Source: a virus
Lineage: Duplodnaviria > Heunggongvirae > Uroviricota > Caudoviricetes
IMG/VR virus record: IMGVR_UViG_3300033075_001233
Coordinates: 1 to 64,000 of that record
Direction: 5' to 3' (one strand)
DNA length: 64,000 nucleotides
The notes beneath the pieces are model-generated. The model made no database searches. It was given only the letters and a program-made list of their open reading frames with translations, and was not told where the DNA came from. Positions 17,332 to 27,283 of the stretch are shown here, one piece after another; the stretch's first letter is position 1, and every line of letters begins with the position of its first letter. The translations under genes were made by a program, and so were the position numbers.

Positions 17332-19922
17332 TAATCACACGAGCTAGTAGTGACGTTAATTTGGGGTATTCCTATCTTAATAACTACCCAGACCCATTTA
17401 AGAGCGAAGAAGAAAAGCTTACAAATGAATCATATATAAAGAATACACTGGATTACTTTGCTAATCTGGCCTACACTCAATATAAGCAGAATAAGGAAAC
17501 ATTTGTTAAGAATTATGACTTAATGAAGGGTATTATAAAACCTGAAGATTTCTATCAAGATAGCGGTACAGAAGTAAAGGATTTTATAGAAACCCTCAAA
17601 GCCTCAGAGTCACTTCCTTCATATGTTAAACACTATCCGATTATTAATCCTCCCGTAAATACAATGGTGGGAGAATTATCAAAACGTCCTGATATTCATA
17701 AAGTTAAGGCATTTGATGATGATAGTAGATCAGAAGAATTACAATATAAGACAGAAATAATTCAACAGGCAATTCTTCAGCAAGCCAGACAAACCATTCT
17801 TAATAGAATGGCAATCAGAGGCGAGGATTCAAATGACGTATCTGATGAGGATATGCAAAAAATGATTATAGAGAGTGTAAAAGATGAACTTACAGAATAC
17901 ACATCACTCGCTGAAAGGTGGGCCAATCATACCCTTACAGCTTTAAAAGCTCAATTTAATACAAAAGAGAAATCTGAAGATGCTTTCCGGGACCTACTCG
18001 TTTGTTCCAGAGAGTTTTATCATATATATGAAGATAATTCTAAATTAGGATTTAATGTAAAAACTGAAAATCCTAAGAATGTATGGTTTAAAGGTACTCC
18101 TGATAATAAGTATATGTCTGGATTATCTGGAGAGCCAAACGTACCGTATGCTATTGGTACTGTATATGTTAAGGAAATTTCAGAAATAATTGAAGAATTC
18201 CCAGATTTAACTGAAGAAGAGATTAAACACCTTCAGAAGTCTATGCAGAATTCTATATTTCTGGATGGCAGGGAATCTAATCTGTTTACAGATAAAACTG
18301 GTATTGATACGATTAAGTATGATACATACAATCGTTTGATTTATCAGGAAAGAATGATTCTTCAGGCTGAACTTGGTAATGAGTTTAGGGACGATCTTCA
18401 ACAATGGCTTGGTGCTAATAACGCATTCTCATTTGGTTATAAGTATGTGGTTATCAGGTCTTACTGGAATTCTAAGAAAAAAGTAGGTAAGCTTGAATAT
18501 TATGATGAAGATGGTGAACCACAAGTAACCCTTGTGGATGAAACATATAAAGAAGGTAGTCCCGGTGAAATTTCAATAGAATGGGGATGGGTGAACCAGT
18601 GGTATCAAGGTGTTAAAATTGGCCCTGATATTTATTTCATAAAACCATTCACATTATTTGATTATTCCCCCATCATAGGACTTATCCACGATGCTAAGAA
18701 TACTCTCCCTAAATCTCTGATTGATCTGATGAAGCCCTATCAGGTGCTTTATAATATTTGCATGAATCAGCTTTACGAACTCCTCGAAAAGGAAATTGGT
18801 AATGTGGGAGCTGTAAACCTCAGAAGAATTCCTCGTCCAAAAGATGGAGATACAAATGATGCTATAGATGTATGGGAAGATGAAGCTAGAACAAGGGGTA
18901 TTATATTTGATGATGACAGCCCTGAAAATACAAAAGGAGCTGTTCAAAATCAGACAATTGCAAGAAACGTAGACCTCACCAGAACTAATGAGATTCAATC
19001 TAGGTACAGCCTAGCCGTTCAATTAAAAAATGAGTGTTGGGAGCTTATTGGTATGAATCGTCAAAGGTTGGGTAGTCCACTAGCCACTGAGACGGCTACA
19101 GCTAATCAAAACGCTCTGGTTCAATCATTTGCACAAACAGAACCATACTTTGCTGCGCATGGATATGTACTTAACCAGCTTTATCAGGCAATCCTCGATG
19201 CTGCTCAATATATAGAATCTAAAAAACCTGTATCCACTGTAAACTATATTACCTCCCAAGGAGATAGTGCATTTGTTCAGGTGACAGGATCAGATATTCG
19301 TCTTAAAGACTTGAAGGTGTTTGTAACCTCCAAAGCTGAAGACCAGCAGTTATTTAATGAATTCCGTCAGCTCTCTCAAGCTATGCTTCAAAATGGTGCA
19401 TCTATATATGATGTATCCGTATTGTATTCTACAAATTCCATCAGGGAAATGCAGAAAGTATTTAAAGATTTGAAGAATAAGCAAGAAGAAATGATGGGTG
19501 CTGAACAACAGCAAAAACAACAAGAACTCCAACAGAATCAAGAAGTTGCAATGGCTACTCTTGAACAAGCAGAGCGTCATCACCAAGATAACATGAAGCT
19601 TGAAAAATATAAAGTGGATGTCAAAGCTAATACAGATTTGGCAAAAGCTGAAATTCAGACATTCTTCCAAGCTCCGGGTACAGATAGTGATGGAGATGGT
19701 ACGCCTGATATAATGGAAATAGCCAATCATCAACTTGATTTGCAGGATTCAATTGCTAAAAGGGATTTAGAAAATAAGAAGTTAGCCCTTGATTATCAAC
19801 AGTTTCAGGCTGATCAGAAAAATAAGAAAATAGAATTTGAGCAAAATATTCAGAAAATGAAAATTGATAGAGAAAAGATAAAAGCTCAAAAACAAAAAGC
19901 TAAACAAAAACCCAAAAAATAA
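17328..19922 (+). CDS. portal protein (putative), 864 aa, with coiled-coil/Q-rich and basic C-terminal extension
   Basis: Immediately downstream of terL with an ATGA overlap. Its size is typical of crAss-like and large podophage portals. C-terminus reads QQQKQQELQQNQE...KAQKQKAKQKPKK. Confidence 0.6.
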   Translation: MIITRASSDVNLGYSYLNNYPDPFKSEEEKLTNESYIKNTLDYFANLAYTQYKQNKETFVKNYDLMKGIIKPEDFYQDSGTEVKDFIETLKASESLPSYVKHYPIINPPVNTMVGELSKRPDIHKVKAFDDDSRSEELQYKTEIIQQAILQQARQTILNRMAIRGEDSNDVSDEDMQKMIIESVKDELTEYTSLAERWANHTLTALKAQFNTKEKSEDAFRDLLVCSREFYHIYEDNSKLGFNVKTENPKNVWFKGTPDNKYMSGLSGEPNVPYAIGTVYVKEISEIIEEFPDLTEEEIKHLQKSMQNSIFLDGRESNLFTDKTGIDTIKYDTYNRLIYQERMILQAELGNEFRDDLQQWLGANNAFSFGYKYVVIRSYWNSKKKVGKLEYYDEDGEPQVTLVDETYKEGSPGEISIEWGWVNQWYQGVKIGPDIYFIKPFTLFDYSPIIGLIHDAKNTLPKSLIDLMKPYQVLYNICMNQLYELLEKEIGNVGAVNLRRIPRPKDGDTNDAIDVWEDEARTRGIIFDDDSPENTKGAVQNQTIARNVDLTRTNEIQSRYSLAVQLKNECWELIGMNRQRLGSPLATETATANQNALVQSFAQTEPYFAAHGYVLNQLYQAILDAAQYIESKKPVSTVNYITSQGDSAFVQVTGSDIRLKDLKVFVTSKAEDQQLFNEFRQLSQAMLQNGASIYDVSVLYSTNSIREMQKVFKDLKNKQEEMMGAEQQQKQQELQQNQEVAMATLEQAERHHQDNMKLEKYKVDVKANTDLAKAEIQTFFQAPGTDSDGDGTPDIMEIANHQLDLQDSIAKRDLENKKLALDYQQFQADQKNKKIEFEQNIQKMKIDREKIKAQKQKAKQKPKK

Positions 19923-20467
19923 TGTTTGACGGACTAGGCGAATGGCTAAAAACAAAAATAGACACGTATTCTGATTATTTAAAATTCTGGGTGCTGGTAG
20001 AACACTTCGAGGAAGCCCTGATTTTAAGAAATGGTGTATATCATCGTACCCTGAAAAAAGGACTATGGCCAAAATTTCCAATTTTTGAATATTTCTATAC
20101 GGTGAGTATTAAACATGAAACTATAAATATACCACCTATCGCTGTAACCACCTCTGATGGCAGGACGGTGATAGCTGGTATAATGATAGAATATGAAATA
20201 GTGGATTCTAAATTATTCGTTTTGGAGAATAATGATTCTATTTCTAATGCAAAAGATATAGTGATGGGTAAACTATCTGATCTATTAGAAGATATCACTT
20301 TAGAAGAAATAGGTAAAAAAACCACAAAAAATAAACTAGAGAAATCAATCCGTCCAAAATTTGAAGAAATGGGAATGAAGATATTAGGTATTGATTTTAC
20401 CCATAAATATCAAACAACAGCGTATAATTTCCTCTCAGGAATGGATGGAAATAAGTTAATGCTATAA
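19922..20467 (+). CDS. hypothetical head-morphogenesis-region protein, 181 aa
   Basis: TAATG overlap with the portal stop. Confidence 0.5.
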   Translation: MFDGLGEWLKTKIDTYSDYLKFWVLVEHFEEALILRNGVYHRTLKKGLWPKFPIFEYFYTVSIKHETINIPPIAVTTSDGRTVIAGIMIEYEIVDSKLFVLENNDSISNAKDIVMGKLSDLLEDITLEEIGKKTTKNKLEKSIRPKFEEMGMKILGIDFTHKYQTTAYNFLSGMDGNKLML

Positions 20468-20545
20468 TAGCCTGACTACCATTCAAATATATAGTATTTC
20501 TCTTGGTTATTTAAATTTCTATATATAATTTTACATTCCAATAAC

Positions 20546-20570
20546 AAACCAATCGAAAAATAACTAAAAT
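20546..20570 (+). promoter_or_regulatory. conserved upstream box AAACCAATCGAAAAATAACTAAAAT abutting the ATG
   Basis: Shares AAACCAAT...AAAAATAACTAAAT with 23534-23558 and AAAATAACTAAAT with 13483-13495. Confidence 0.35.
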
Positions 20571-21830
20571 ATGGCTGAAAATCTATTTTCAATAGAGGAC
20601 TCTTTCTCTGAAACGGAAGAAGTCACTAACACTTTATTTTCTGATGATGATCCAGATAAACTTGAAGAAATCAAGAAACTGGAAGAAGAAAAGAAAAAGA
20701 AAGACGAGAAAGAAAAGGAAGACAAACTCAAAGCAGATGCCGCTGCAAAAGCTGCTGCCGCTGCTAAGACTAAAGTTACTCCAAATAAACAACAAATAAC
20801 TACTCCTAAAAAGGAAGATGATCCTACGGAAGAGGTAGAAGATGTTGAGAATCATTTATTTGGAGAAGGTGAAGGTGAAGATGATCCTGCTAAAACTAAT
20901 ACTGAAACAGATGATGACGATGATGATCCTAATAAGCAGGATGATAATCTTAATCAATTTGAAGTACTTTCAAAAGAGTTATATACATTAGGTGTATTTA
21001 ATCCTGAATTCGATGAGGAAGGAAATGAGATTCCTGTAATTGCAAAATCTGGTCAAGAATTTAAAGATTTATTTGAATCTCAAATTCAAACTGGAATGTA
21101 CGCAATGCTTGAAAATCACCTCTCAAGATTCGGAGAAGACAGACTTCAGTTATTTGATGCCATATTTACAAAAGGTGTTGATCCTAAACAATACCTGCCC
21201 ACCTACAATCAAGTTCAAGATTTAAAAAGTTTATCTCTTGATGATGAATCTGCTCAGGAATTAGTAGTTCGTGAGTTCTATAAAAGAGCAGGATTATCTG
21301 ATGAAAAGGTAAATGCTAAAATACAACGTTTAAAAGATACTGCTGAACTGCAAGGAGACGCAGAAGAGTTTCATCCTCAGCTAGTTGCGCAAGATGAAGC
21401 AAAACTTAAAAAACAGGAAGAAGACAGAGAACAGGAAATAAAGATGGAAGAACAGCGTGATGCTGCATATAAAGCTTCAATCGTTAAAATCCTGTCTGAA
21501 AAAATAAAGGCGAAAGATTTCGATGGTATTTCTGTAAATGATAAAGTAGCTCGTGAAACATTCGATTTCTTATATAATAAGAAATGGAAAGGAGCAGATG
21601 GTAAGAAATTTACAGATTTTGATAAATTCGTTTTAGAATTGAACAAACCTGAAAATCATGCGCTTAAAGTAAAAGTGGGATTGCTTGCTAAACAGAATTT
21701 TGATTTAAGTAAGGTGCAGAAAAAAGCCGTATCTGAAGAATCATCTGAGTTATTTAAAGAGCTTGCATCCAAGAAAAAGAAAGCAAAAGCAGTTGCTGCC
21801 ACATCAGGTGGGTCTGCTTGGAATCTATAA
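20571..21830 (+). CDS. scaffolding-like protein, 419 aa, highly acidic
   Basis: Low-complexity Asp/Glu/Lys-rich sequence (DDDDDDPNKQDD, KKEEDREQEIKMEEQRD) lying between the portal and the putative capsid gene. Confidence 0.5.
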   Translation: MAENLFSIEDSFSETEEVTNTLFSDDDPDKLEEIKKLEEEKKKKDEKEKEDKLKADAAAKAAAAAKTKVTPNKQQITTPKKEDDPTEEVEDVENHLFGEGEGEDDPAKTNTETDDDDDDPNKQDDNLNQFEVLSKELYTLGVFNPEFDEEGNEIPVIAKSGQEFKDLFESQIQTGMYAMLENHLSRFGEDRLQLFDAIFTKGVDPKQYLPTYNQVQDLKSLSLDDESAQELVVREFYKRAGLSDEKVNAKIQRLKDTAELQGDAEEFHPQLVAQDEAKLKKQEEDREQEIKMEEQRDAAYKASIVKILSEKIKAKDFDGISVNDKVARETFDFLYNKKWKGADGKKFTDFDKFVLELNKPENHALKVKVGLLAKQNFDLSKVQKKAVSEESSELFKELASKKKKAKAVAATSGGSAWNL

Positions 21831-21855
21831 AATTTAATAAAAATTAACAATTAAT

Positions 21856-23415
21856 ATGGCTCAACAGTTTGTACCGGGATTTACTGGTTTATACGCAGGT
21901 AGAATATCCCAAATGGATAAACGTGCTATTGGTAAACTTACTGATAGTAACCACTTGGAGAGTTTCCATAGGGATACTCCTTCGGATTATGATAAGAAAA
22001 TCATATCCCTCTACACCCAAACGTCTTTGTATAAAAATGACTTCCTCCAGATGCTGGATAAGTCTACTCCTTACTATCTTGATGGTATGAGTGACACATG
22101 GCGTTGGGAAATAGAAAAACCCTATCAGTTCCCCCGTATTATAGATATCCCTCAATCCACCTTGGATCAAACATCCATCGGTATTGATGGTAAAGAGTTT
22201 GAAATCGTATTCGATACTAAAATTAGTAAGAATGCAATTATCAGCCTTGGTTCTAGGATTTATGGTCAGCAGTTCTTGCTTACTTCCGATCCTATTCCTT
22301 ATAATAGTGGTTGGTTGAACAGGGCAACCCTCGTATCTGATAATCCCACTGTGGATAGTGTAGATCGTAGCCGTTTTGTTCCCGGTGTTGATGTTGAAGT
22401 GATTAACGCATCTATTGGTGAGTTTGATCAAGACTTGCTTGGTCTGGATAGGCTGGCAGAACGCCTTGAAATGTTTGAAACCCTTGGTAGTGGTTATTCT
22501 AAAGAACACACCATTACTGGTTGGGCTGATGACAAACGTATCTCTAATGGTAAAAAAGACATCTGGGGTAATCCTCTGGATATCATATACTACGCAAATG
22601 TACGTAACGGTAAGATCGAATCTCGTTCTGATGTTAAGTGGGAACCCTTCATCGAGTTCTTGATGCGTAAAGAAATGTTGGAATTGAAAGTGAATCGTAT
22701 GTTCTTTGCTAAACCCGGATTTGCTCGTACAAATGGTGGTAAGCAAGAATTGAAGAAAATCTCAGCAGGTATCATCCACCGTATGCGTACCTCTGGTAAC
22801 TATGTTCCTTACAACCGTGGTGAATTCTCTGTAAACCTGTTACGTACAGTGTTTGGTGATCTGTTCTACCGCCGTGTAAATGTAGGCAAACGTAGGGTGA
22901 AACTCTACACCAATGAAGCAGGGTTTGACGCTTTCCAACAAGCTGTTAAAATTGATGCTCTGGCTTCTGGTCTTAACTTCACTGTTGGTGATAATGAAAA
23001 ATTCATCAAAGGTAGTGGTCAGAACCTCCGTTTGGATTATGCGTTCGATAGCTTTGTAACCCGTGAAACTGGTGTTGTTAGCTTGATTCACCTCACTGAG
23101 CTTGACCTTCCTCAAACTAACTTGGAGTTTGGTCAGAATAAAAAATCCACCCCAATATTCATCGTGTTTGACGTAAGCCCCACTTCCAGTGGTGATCTTA
23201 CCAATAACATCCGTGAGGTACGCCGTCAAGGTAGACCTAACATGACTTGGGGTTATATTGATGGTCGCCGTCACCACTTAGGGGCAATGGCTTCTCAAGG
23301 TCACTCTGCTGCTAATAAAATGGATGCCTATACAATCTTTATGGATGATCGTTGTGATGCCTTCATTGAAGACATGTCCCGCACCGTATTGATTGAAGAA
23401 CTGCCATTCTGGTAA
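21856..23415 (+). CDS. major capsid protein (putative, by position and size), 519 aa
   Basis: Follows the scaffold-like gene and is followed by a strongly structured intergenic region. No motif-level proof. Confidence 0.5.
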   Translation: MAQQFVPGFTGLYAGRISQMDKRAIGKLTDSNHLESFHRDTPSDYDKKIISLYTQTSLYKNDFLQMLDKSTPYYLDGMSDTWRWEIEKPYQFPRIIDIPQSTLDQTSIGIDGKEFEIVFDTKISKNAIISLGSRIYGQQFLLTSDPIPYNSGWLNRATLVSDNPTVDSVDRSRFVPGVDVEVINASIGEFDQDLLGLDRLAERLEMFETLGSGYSKEHTITGWADDKRISNGKKDIWGNPLDIIYYANVRNGKIESRSDVKWEPFIEFLMRKEMLELKVNRMFFAKPGFARTNGGKQELKKISAGIIHRMRTSGNYVPYNRGEFSVNLLRTVFGDLFYRRVNVGKRRVKLYTNEAGFDAFQQAVKIDALASGLNFTVGDNEKFIKGSGQNLRLDYAFDSFVTRETGVVSLIHLTELDLPQTNLEFGQNKKSTPIFIVFDVSPTSSGDLTNNIREVRRQGRPNMTWGYIDGRRHHLGAMASQGHSAANKMDAYTIFMDDRCDAFIEDMSRTVLIEELPFW

Positions 23416-23424
23416 TATACTTCC

Positions 23425-23533
23425 GGGGGGATGAGAACAAAAGTCCTACCTAGTTTGAATCCCCCCAAAATACTTTAGAATGTTGGATTGGAGTGTCTCC
23501 GGTTGCTATCCCTTCGGTGGGAAACATTCTCAA
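23425..23533 (+). terminator. structured intergenic element after the putative capsid gene (two long stem-loops)
   Basis: GGGGGGAT...(26 nt)...ATCCCCCC followed by AGAATGTT...(about 40 nt with an internal GC hairpin)...AACATTCT. Confidence 0.35.
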
Positions 23534-23558
23534 AAACCAATTAAAAAAATAACTAAAT
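23534..23558 (+). promoter_or_regulatory. conserved upstream box AAAACCAATTAAAAAAATAACTAAAT, 7 nt before the ATG
   Basis: Second copy of the AAACCAAT...AAAAATAACTAAAT element. Confidence 0.35.
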
Positions 23559-23565
23559 ATTCATC

Positions 23566-24516
23566 ATGGGTAAGATAGTAAAAATCAATCCTATCAAGAA
23601 GGATTATCCTTCTAATTTTAAGACAATGGAAAGCTCTTTAGCATCTAAGGGTTATGTACGTAGCCCCGGAACTAAACGGTATCTGATGCCTAAAATGGAA
23701 GCAGATGGTAGATATAGAACAGGATTAGATGATAAAGCTCTTTATTTGAAAAATCTATCTGAAGAAGATAGGGCTGCTGAAATCGAATTTATCAAAGAAA
23801 CTTTGAAAAAATTAAAAGATTCATATCCTGATACAGATTTCGGGCCTCGTTCTAAAGTATGGAATGCATTCAGTGAGAGTCCTATAAAAGTTTCACATAT
23901 TACATTTGGTAATGAAACATTTATATTGAACGTAGATGAGTCTCTTGAAGATTTACTTACATACTGTTGGGTGAGAGTTCATCCTAGTGTAGCAAGGTCT
24001 GTGGAAGCTTTTCAACGTGGAGAATGTCCTGATTGTCAATATTATATGGCAAACGAAGAAGCTGAAAATAGGGCAGTATTTGCTAAGAAAAAACAAATAA
24101 ATAAAGCAATCTCTACCTTTGAATCTCTTAGTCCTACTAAGAAAAAACAAATTGGTCGCCTCATGGGTCTTCCAATTAGTGACGATAGTACAGACGAAGC
24201 GGTTTATAACATGATGGATAATACATTGAAGAAAGCTGAAATTGATGCTGGTGAATATAAAAATCTCCCTGCTCTTTCAATCTTCAACGAATTAGTAATA
24301 ATGACAGATGAACGCTTGAGAGTCAAAGACTTAATTGATCAAGCCATCCGATATAATGTTTACAGAAAAGGTGCGGGTGATGATATTAAAGAGGGTAATG
24401 AAGTGATTGCATCAGGTAAAGATTCTCTTGTTGATAGATTGTTAAAAGATGAAAATCAGCAAGAACTTATCGCTCTTGAAAGTAAACTTAAACAAAAGAA
24501 ATTTCAATACGCATAA
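23566..24516 (+). CDS. hypothetical structural-module protein, 316 aa
   Basis: Located after the capsid terminator. Confidence 0.5.
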   Translation: MGKIVKINPIKKDYPSNFKTMESSLASKGYVRSPGTKRYLMPKMEADGRYRTGLDDKALYLKNLSEEDRAAEIEFIKETLKKLKDSYPDTDFGPRSKVWNAFSESPIKVSHITFGNETFILNVDESLEDLLTYCWVRVHPSVARSVEAFQRGECPDCQYYMANEEAENRAVFAKKKQINKAISTFESLSPTKKKQIGRLMGLPISDDSTDEAVYNMMDNTLKKAEIDAGEYKNLPALSIFNELVIMTDERLRVKDLIDQAIRYNVYRKGAGDDIKEGNEVIASGKDSLVDRLLKDENQQELIALESKLKQKKFQYA

Positions 24517-25241
24517 TGATTTCCGCAGAGAGACTATCATATAAACTTGATCAAAGATTAAATAAACTCTCTACGAATGATCATCAGCAAATTCAGAGGG
24601 AAGATAAAGTATTAGCCTTAAATGAAGCTCAGATAAAGCTAATCAAACTAAAAGTGGATGGTAATAATGTACATAGGTTGGGATTAGATGGATTTAAGAA
24701 AAGATATCAAGATTTACAATTCTTGGTTGAAAATCCAGAAGATCATCCGCTCAATGTAACTTTGTCAGATAAATATCTAAACAAATATATTACTACTACT
24801 CCTATATCCCCAAGATTCATGTTCTATTTAGATAGCTACATGATTGCTGATAAAGGAAGTTGTAAAAATAGGGTGTTATATTCAAATGGTGATTTAATCA
24901 AACATGCAGATATTACACTTTTATTAAATAATGATAATTACAAACCATCTTTTGAATATCAGGAAATTCTGGTAGATATTTCTTCAGACGAACTTCATTA
25001 TTATACAGATGGTACGTTCACTCCTAAAAAAGTTTATTTATCTTATTTACGATATCCTATTGAAATTGACTTAGAAGGATATGTTAAATTTGATGGTACA
25101 GACTCAGTAACAGTTGATTGTGAACTTGAGGAATACTTAGAAGATGAACTTTTGGATTTAGCAGTACAGTCATTAGCAATGTATACAGAAAATAATTCTG
25201 CTGTAGTTTACGCAGAAAAAAGAATACAAAATAACGAATAA
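24516..25241 (+). CDS. hypothetical structural-module protein, 241 aa
   Basis: TAATG overlap with the previous gene. Confidence 0.5.
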   Translation: MISAERLSYKLDQRLNKLSTNDHQQIQREDKVLALNEAQIKLIKLKVDGNNVHRLGLDGFKKRYQDLQFLVENPEDHPLNVTLSDKYLNKYITTTPISPRFMFYLDSYMIADKGSCKNRVLYSNGDLIKHADITLLLNNDNYKPSFEYQEILVDISSDELHYYTDGTFTPKKVYLSYLRYPIEIDLEGYVKFDGTDSVTVDCELEEYLEDELLDLAVQSLAMYTENNSAVVYAEKRIQNNE

Positions 25242-25261
25242 CATAAAAATCAGAAAATAAT

Positions 25262-26398
25262 ATGGATTTTTCTTTAACAACCTTGTTTGTTGTACCCGTA
25301 GGTAACTCTCTTCCCACCGTTGGAAGTACAGAATCTTTAACTGCTGGCCAATTTGGTATCTTTAAAGATAGGGCTAGAACTGCCGCTACAGCAGGTAATA
25401 TTGGTAGTGCGTCCTTTATCCAATTCGGGCAAGGTCGTCCTACAAGCTATCTTGGTACAAAAGTATCAGACTATGTAAAAGCTTCTAAAGTTAAGAAGTG
25501 GTATAAGGTAACAGGTAGTGCTACAGCAGCTAATGAAATTTGGGAGTTTTCCGGTTTCTCAGCTAAATGCGATCAAGATGTAAGTCTTACATTGCGTGGC
25601 CACTCTCAATATCTTGATACAATTTCATATAATGGCTTTACTCGTTCTATTACAGTGAAAATGCCATGTTGTGATTGCGGTGATGATCCTTGTGTTGATG
25701 TAGCAAATGAAACAATTGTTGATTTGCTCATGGAGAAACTCAACCAAATTGATGCAGTACAGGATGGTCCCACTGCATTGAATCTCACCACATTCTGGAC
25801 TTTTACTAAAGTAGGTACTGGAGCAAATGCAAAAATTGTAGTTGAAAGCAAACCTATTACTAAATATGGTAAGTTCTGCGACATTGCATTGAACCCCTAC
25901 GAATATGACAGGATTTGGTTCCGTGGTTGGGTGTATGTTAATCCTGATACCACTGTAGACTTCTTGGTATATGATCGTTGTGAACAAGCTGCCACCGCAA
26001 CTCTTACCCAACGTAGTACATATCCTCGTGGTACTTCCGATCAGGTGTATCAAGAACAAATTAACTACTACAGTTACCAAAGTGCTTACAAACATTTATT
26101 CCGTCTTTCTCAATATAACCAGCAATTTGAAGATTTCGTAACTGATGGTACAGTGTACGATCAATATGTTCTTCAATTTGACGAAATGGAACAAGATGAT
26201 AGCTTTACAGCTAATCTTAAACAAGACGAGCGTGTAATCTTCTATGTACCACAATCTCTATCTGCTGGTTTTGAAGCAGTTGCAAATGTATATCTTGGAA
26301 CCCCTGTTAATGAATCTGGTGCTACAGTGACTACCACTACTACTACCACTTCGACAACTTCCACAACTACTACTACAACTACTACATTAGTTCCGTAA
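25262..26398 (+). CDS. structural protein with Cys motif and poly-Thr C-terminal tail (decoration or fiber-like)
   Basis: MPCCDCGDDPC motif. C-terminus TTTTTTSTTSTTTTTTTTLVP. Followed by a strong terminator. Confidence 0.5.
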   Translation: MDFSLTTLFVVPVGNSLPTVGSTESLTAGQFGIFKDRARTAATAGNIGSASFIQFGQGRPTSYLGTKVSDYVKASKVKKWYKVTGSATAANEIWEFSGFSAKCDQDVSLTLRGHSQYLDTISYNGFTRSITVKMPCCDCGDDPCVDVANETIVDLLMEKLNQIDAVQDGPTALNLTTFWTFTKVGTGANAKIVVESKPITKYGKFCDIALNPYEYDRIWFRGWVYVNPDTTVDFLVYDRCEQAATATLTQRSTYPRGTSDQVYQEQINYYSYQSAYKHLFRLSQYNQQFEDFVTDGTVYDQYVLQFDEMEQDDSFTANLKQDERVIFYVPQSLSAGFEAVANVYLGTPVNESGATVTTTTTTTSTTSTTTTTTTTLVP

Positions 26399-26419
26399 TA
26401 GAATTTCTTAAAAATACCG

Positions 26420-26462
26420 AAAAGGGAAGGGGAGTAATTGATTCTTCCTTTCCCTTTTTTCA
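26420..26462 (+). terminator. rho-independent terminator
   Basis: AAAGGGAAGGGG...CCTTTCCCTTTTTT: a GC stem followed by a T6 run. Confidence 0.55.
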
Positions 26463-26468
26463 TTTGAC

Positions 26469-26729
26469 ATGGCAGTAAAACAAAACATATTAAAAGGTTG
26501 GGCAACCACAATAATAGGCATTGCTACAATGTGTATTACTTTATTTCTTATATGGAATGGTACATTCGATTTCGTATGGGAAGGAATTGGTGGTTTAACA
26601 ATTGGTACAATTCTTTTACTTGTCCCAAAAAGTATTGAAAAAATAATCTTAGAAGCTATTCGTGCTTGGGGTAAAAAAGGTAATTCTTATGATAACTATA
26701 TACCCGAAGATAAAGGAGGAGATATATAA
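26469..26729 (+). CDS. holin-like small membrane protein, 86 aa
   Basis: Two TM segments (WATTIIGIATMCITLFLIW and GIGGLTIGTILLLVP) and a charged C-terminus. It lies directly upstream of the amidase. Confidence 0.5.
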   Translation: MAVKQNILKGWATTIIGIATMCITLFLIWNGTFDFVWEGIGGLTIGTILLLVPKSIEKIILEAIRAWGKKGNSYDNYIPEDKGGDI

Positions 26730-27283
26730 TGATTTTTATTAGCGCAGGACATAATAGTAAATCTCAAACAATTAAACAAGACCCCGGAGCCATGAATTCT
26801 CATGGACTTAAAGAGGGAGATGTCACTATTGAATTTAGAGATTTGGTAAGTTATGAACTTACATTAATGGATGTACCTCATAAAAAAGATAGTGATGAAG
26901 AATCTCTTCAACAATATGTAGATAGAATCCAAACTGGTACGGGTTCTGTAGTATGTGAATTTCATTTGGATGCTGCTAGTCCTGAAGCTACTGGTACAAC
27001 TACCCTTGTAGAAGTAGATGCTGATAGATTAGATATGGCTTGTGCTAAAGAAATTGTAAATATTACAGCTTCTATTCTTGGAATTGCAAATAGAGGAGTA
27101 AAATCTGAAGCAGATACTCGCCATAAAAGATTAGCACTGATGCGTGAGAATGGTGTAGTGGTACTTCATGAAATTTGTTTTATTACGAACGATAACGACA
27201 TGTTAAGGTATCAGGCGAAAAAGAAAGAGCTGGCAAAGGCCGTTGCTCAAATATTATTCAAATATGAACAAATCATTCCATAA
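26729..27283 (+). CDS. N-acetylmuramoyl-L-alanine amidase (Amidase_3/MurNAc-LAA), endolysin
   Basis: MIFISAGHNSK...DPGA matches the IDAGHGG..DPGA motif. EFHLDAASPEATG matches SIHANA...G. RGVKSEADTRHKRLALMRENGVVVLHEICFITND matches RGVK...VLR....AVLVELGFISN. Confidence 0.8.
   Translation: MIFISAGHNSKSQTIKQDPGAMNSHGLKEGDVTIEFRDLVSYELTLMDVPHKKDSDEESLQQYVDRIQTGTGSVVCEFHLDAASPEATGTTTLVEVDADRLDMACAKEIVNITASILGIANRGVKSEADTRHKRLALMRENGVVVLHEICFITNDNDMLRYQAKKKELAKAVAQILFKYEQIIP

Noticed and set aside
21889-22746. 285-aa minus-strand ORF inside the putative capsid gene, plus many other antisense ORFs inside the large plus-strand genes (for example 18654-18998, 19350-19733, 45013-45589, 49059-49407, 52047-52505)
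   Set aside because: They are antisense shadows of long, well-supported plus-strand genes. They have hydrophobic low-complexity translations and no coupling signals.
26330-26395. ACT/ACC/ACA codon tandem repeats (also 28238-28262)
   Set aside because: They are not non-coding tandem repeats or a CRISPR array. They encode the poly-Thr linkers of structural proteins and are reported under those CDS.
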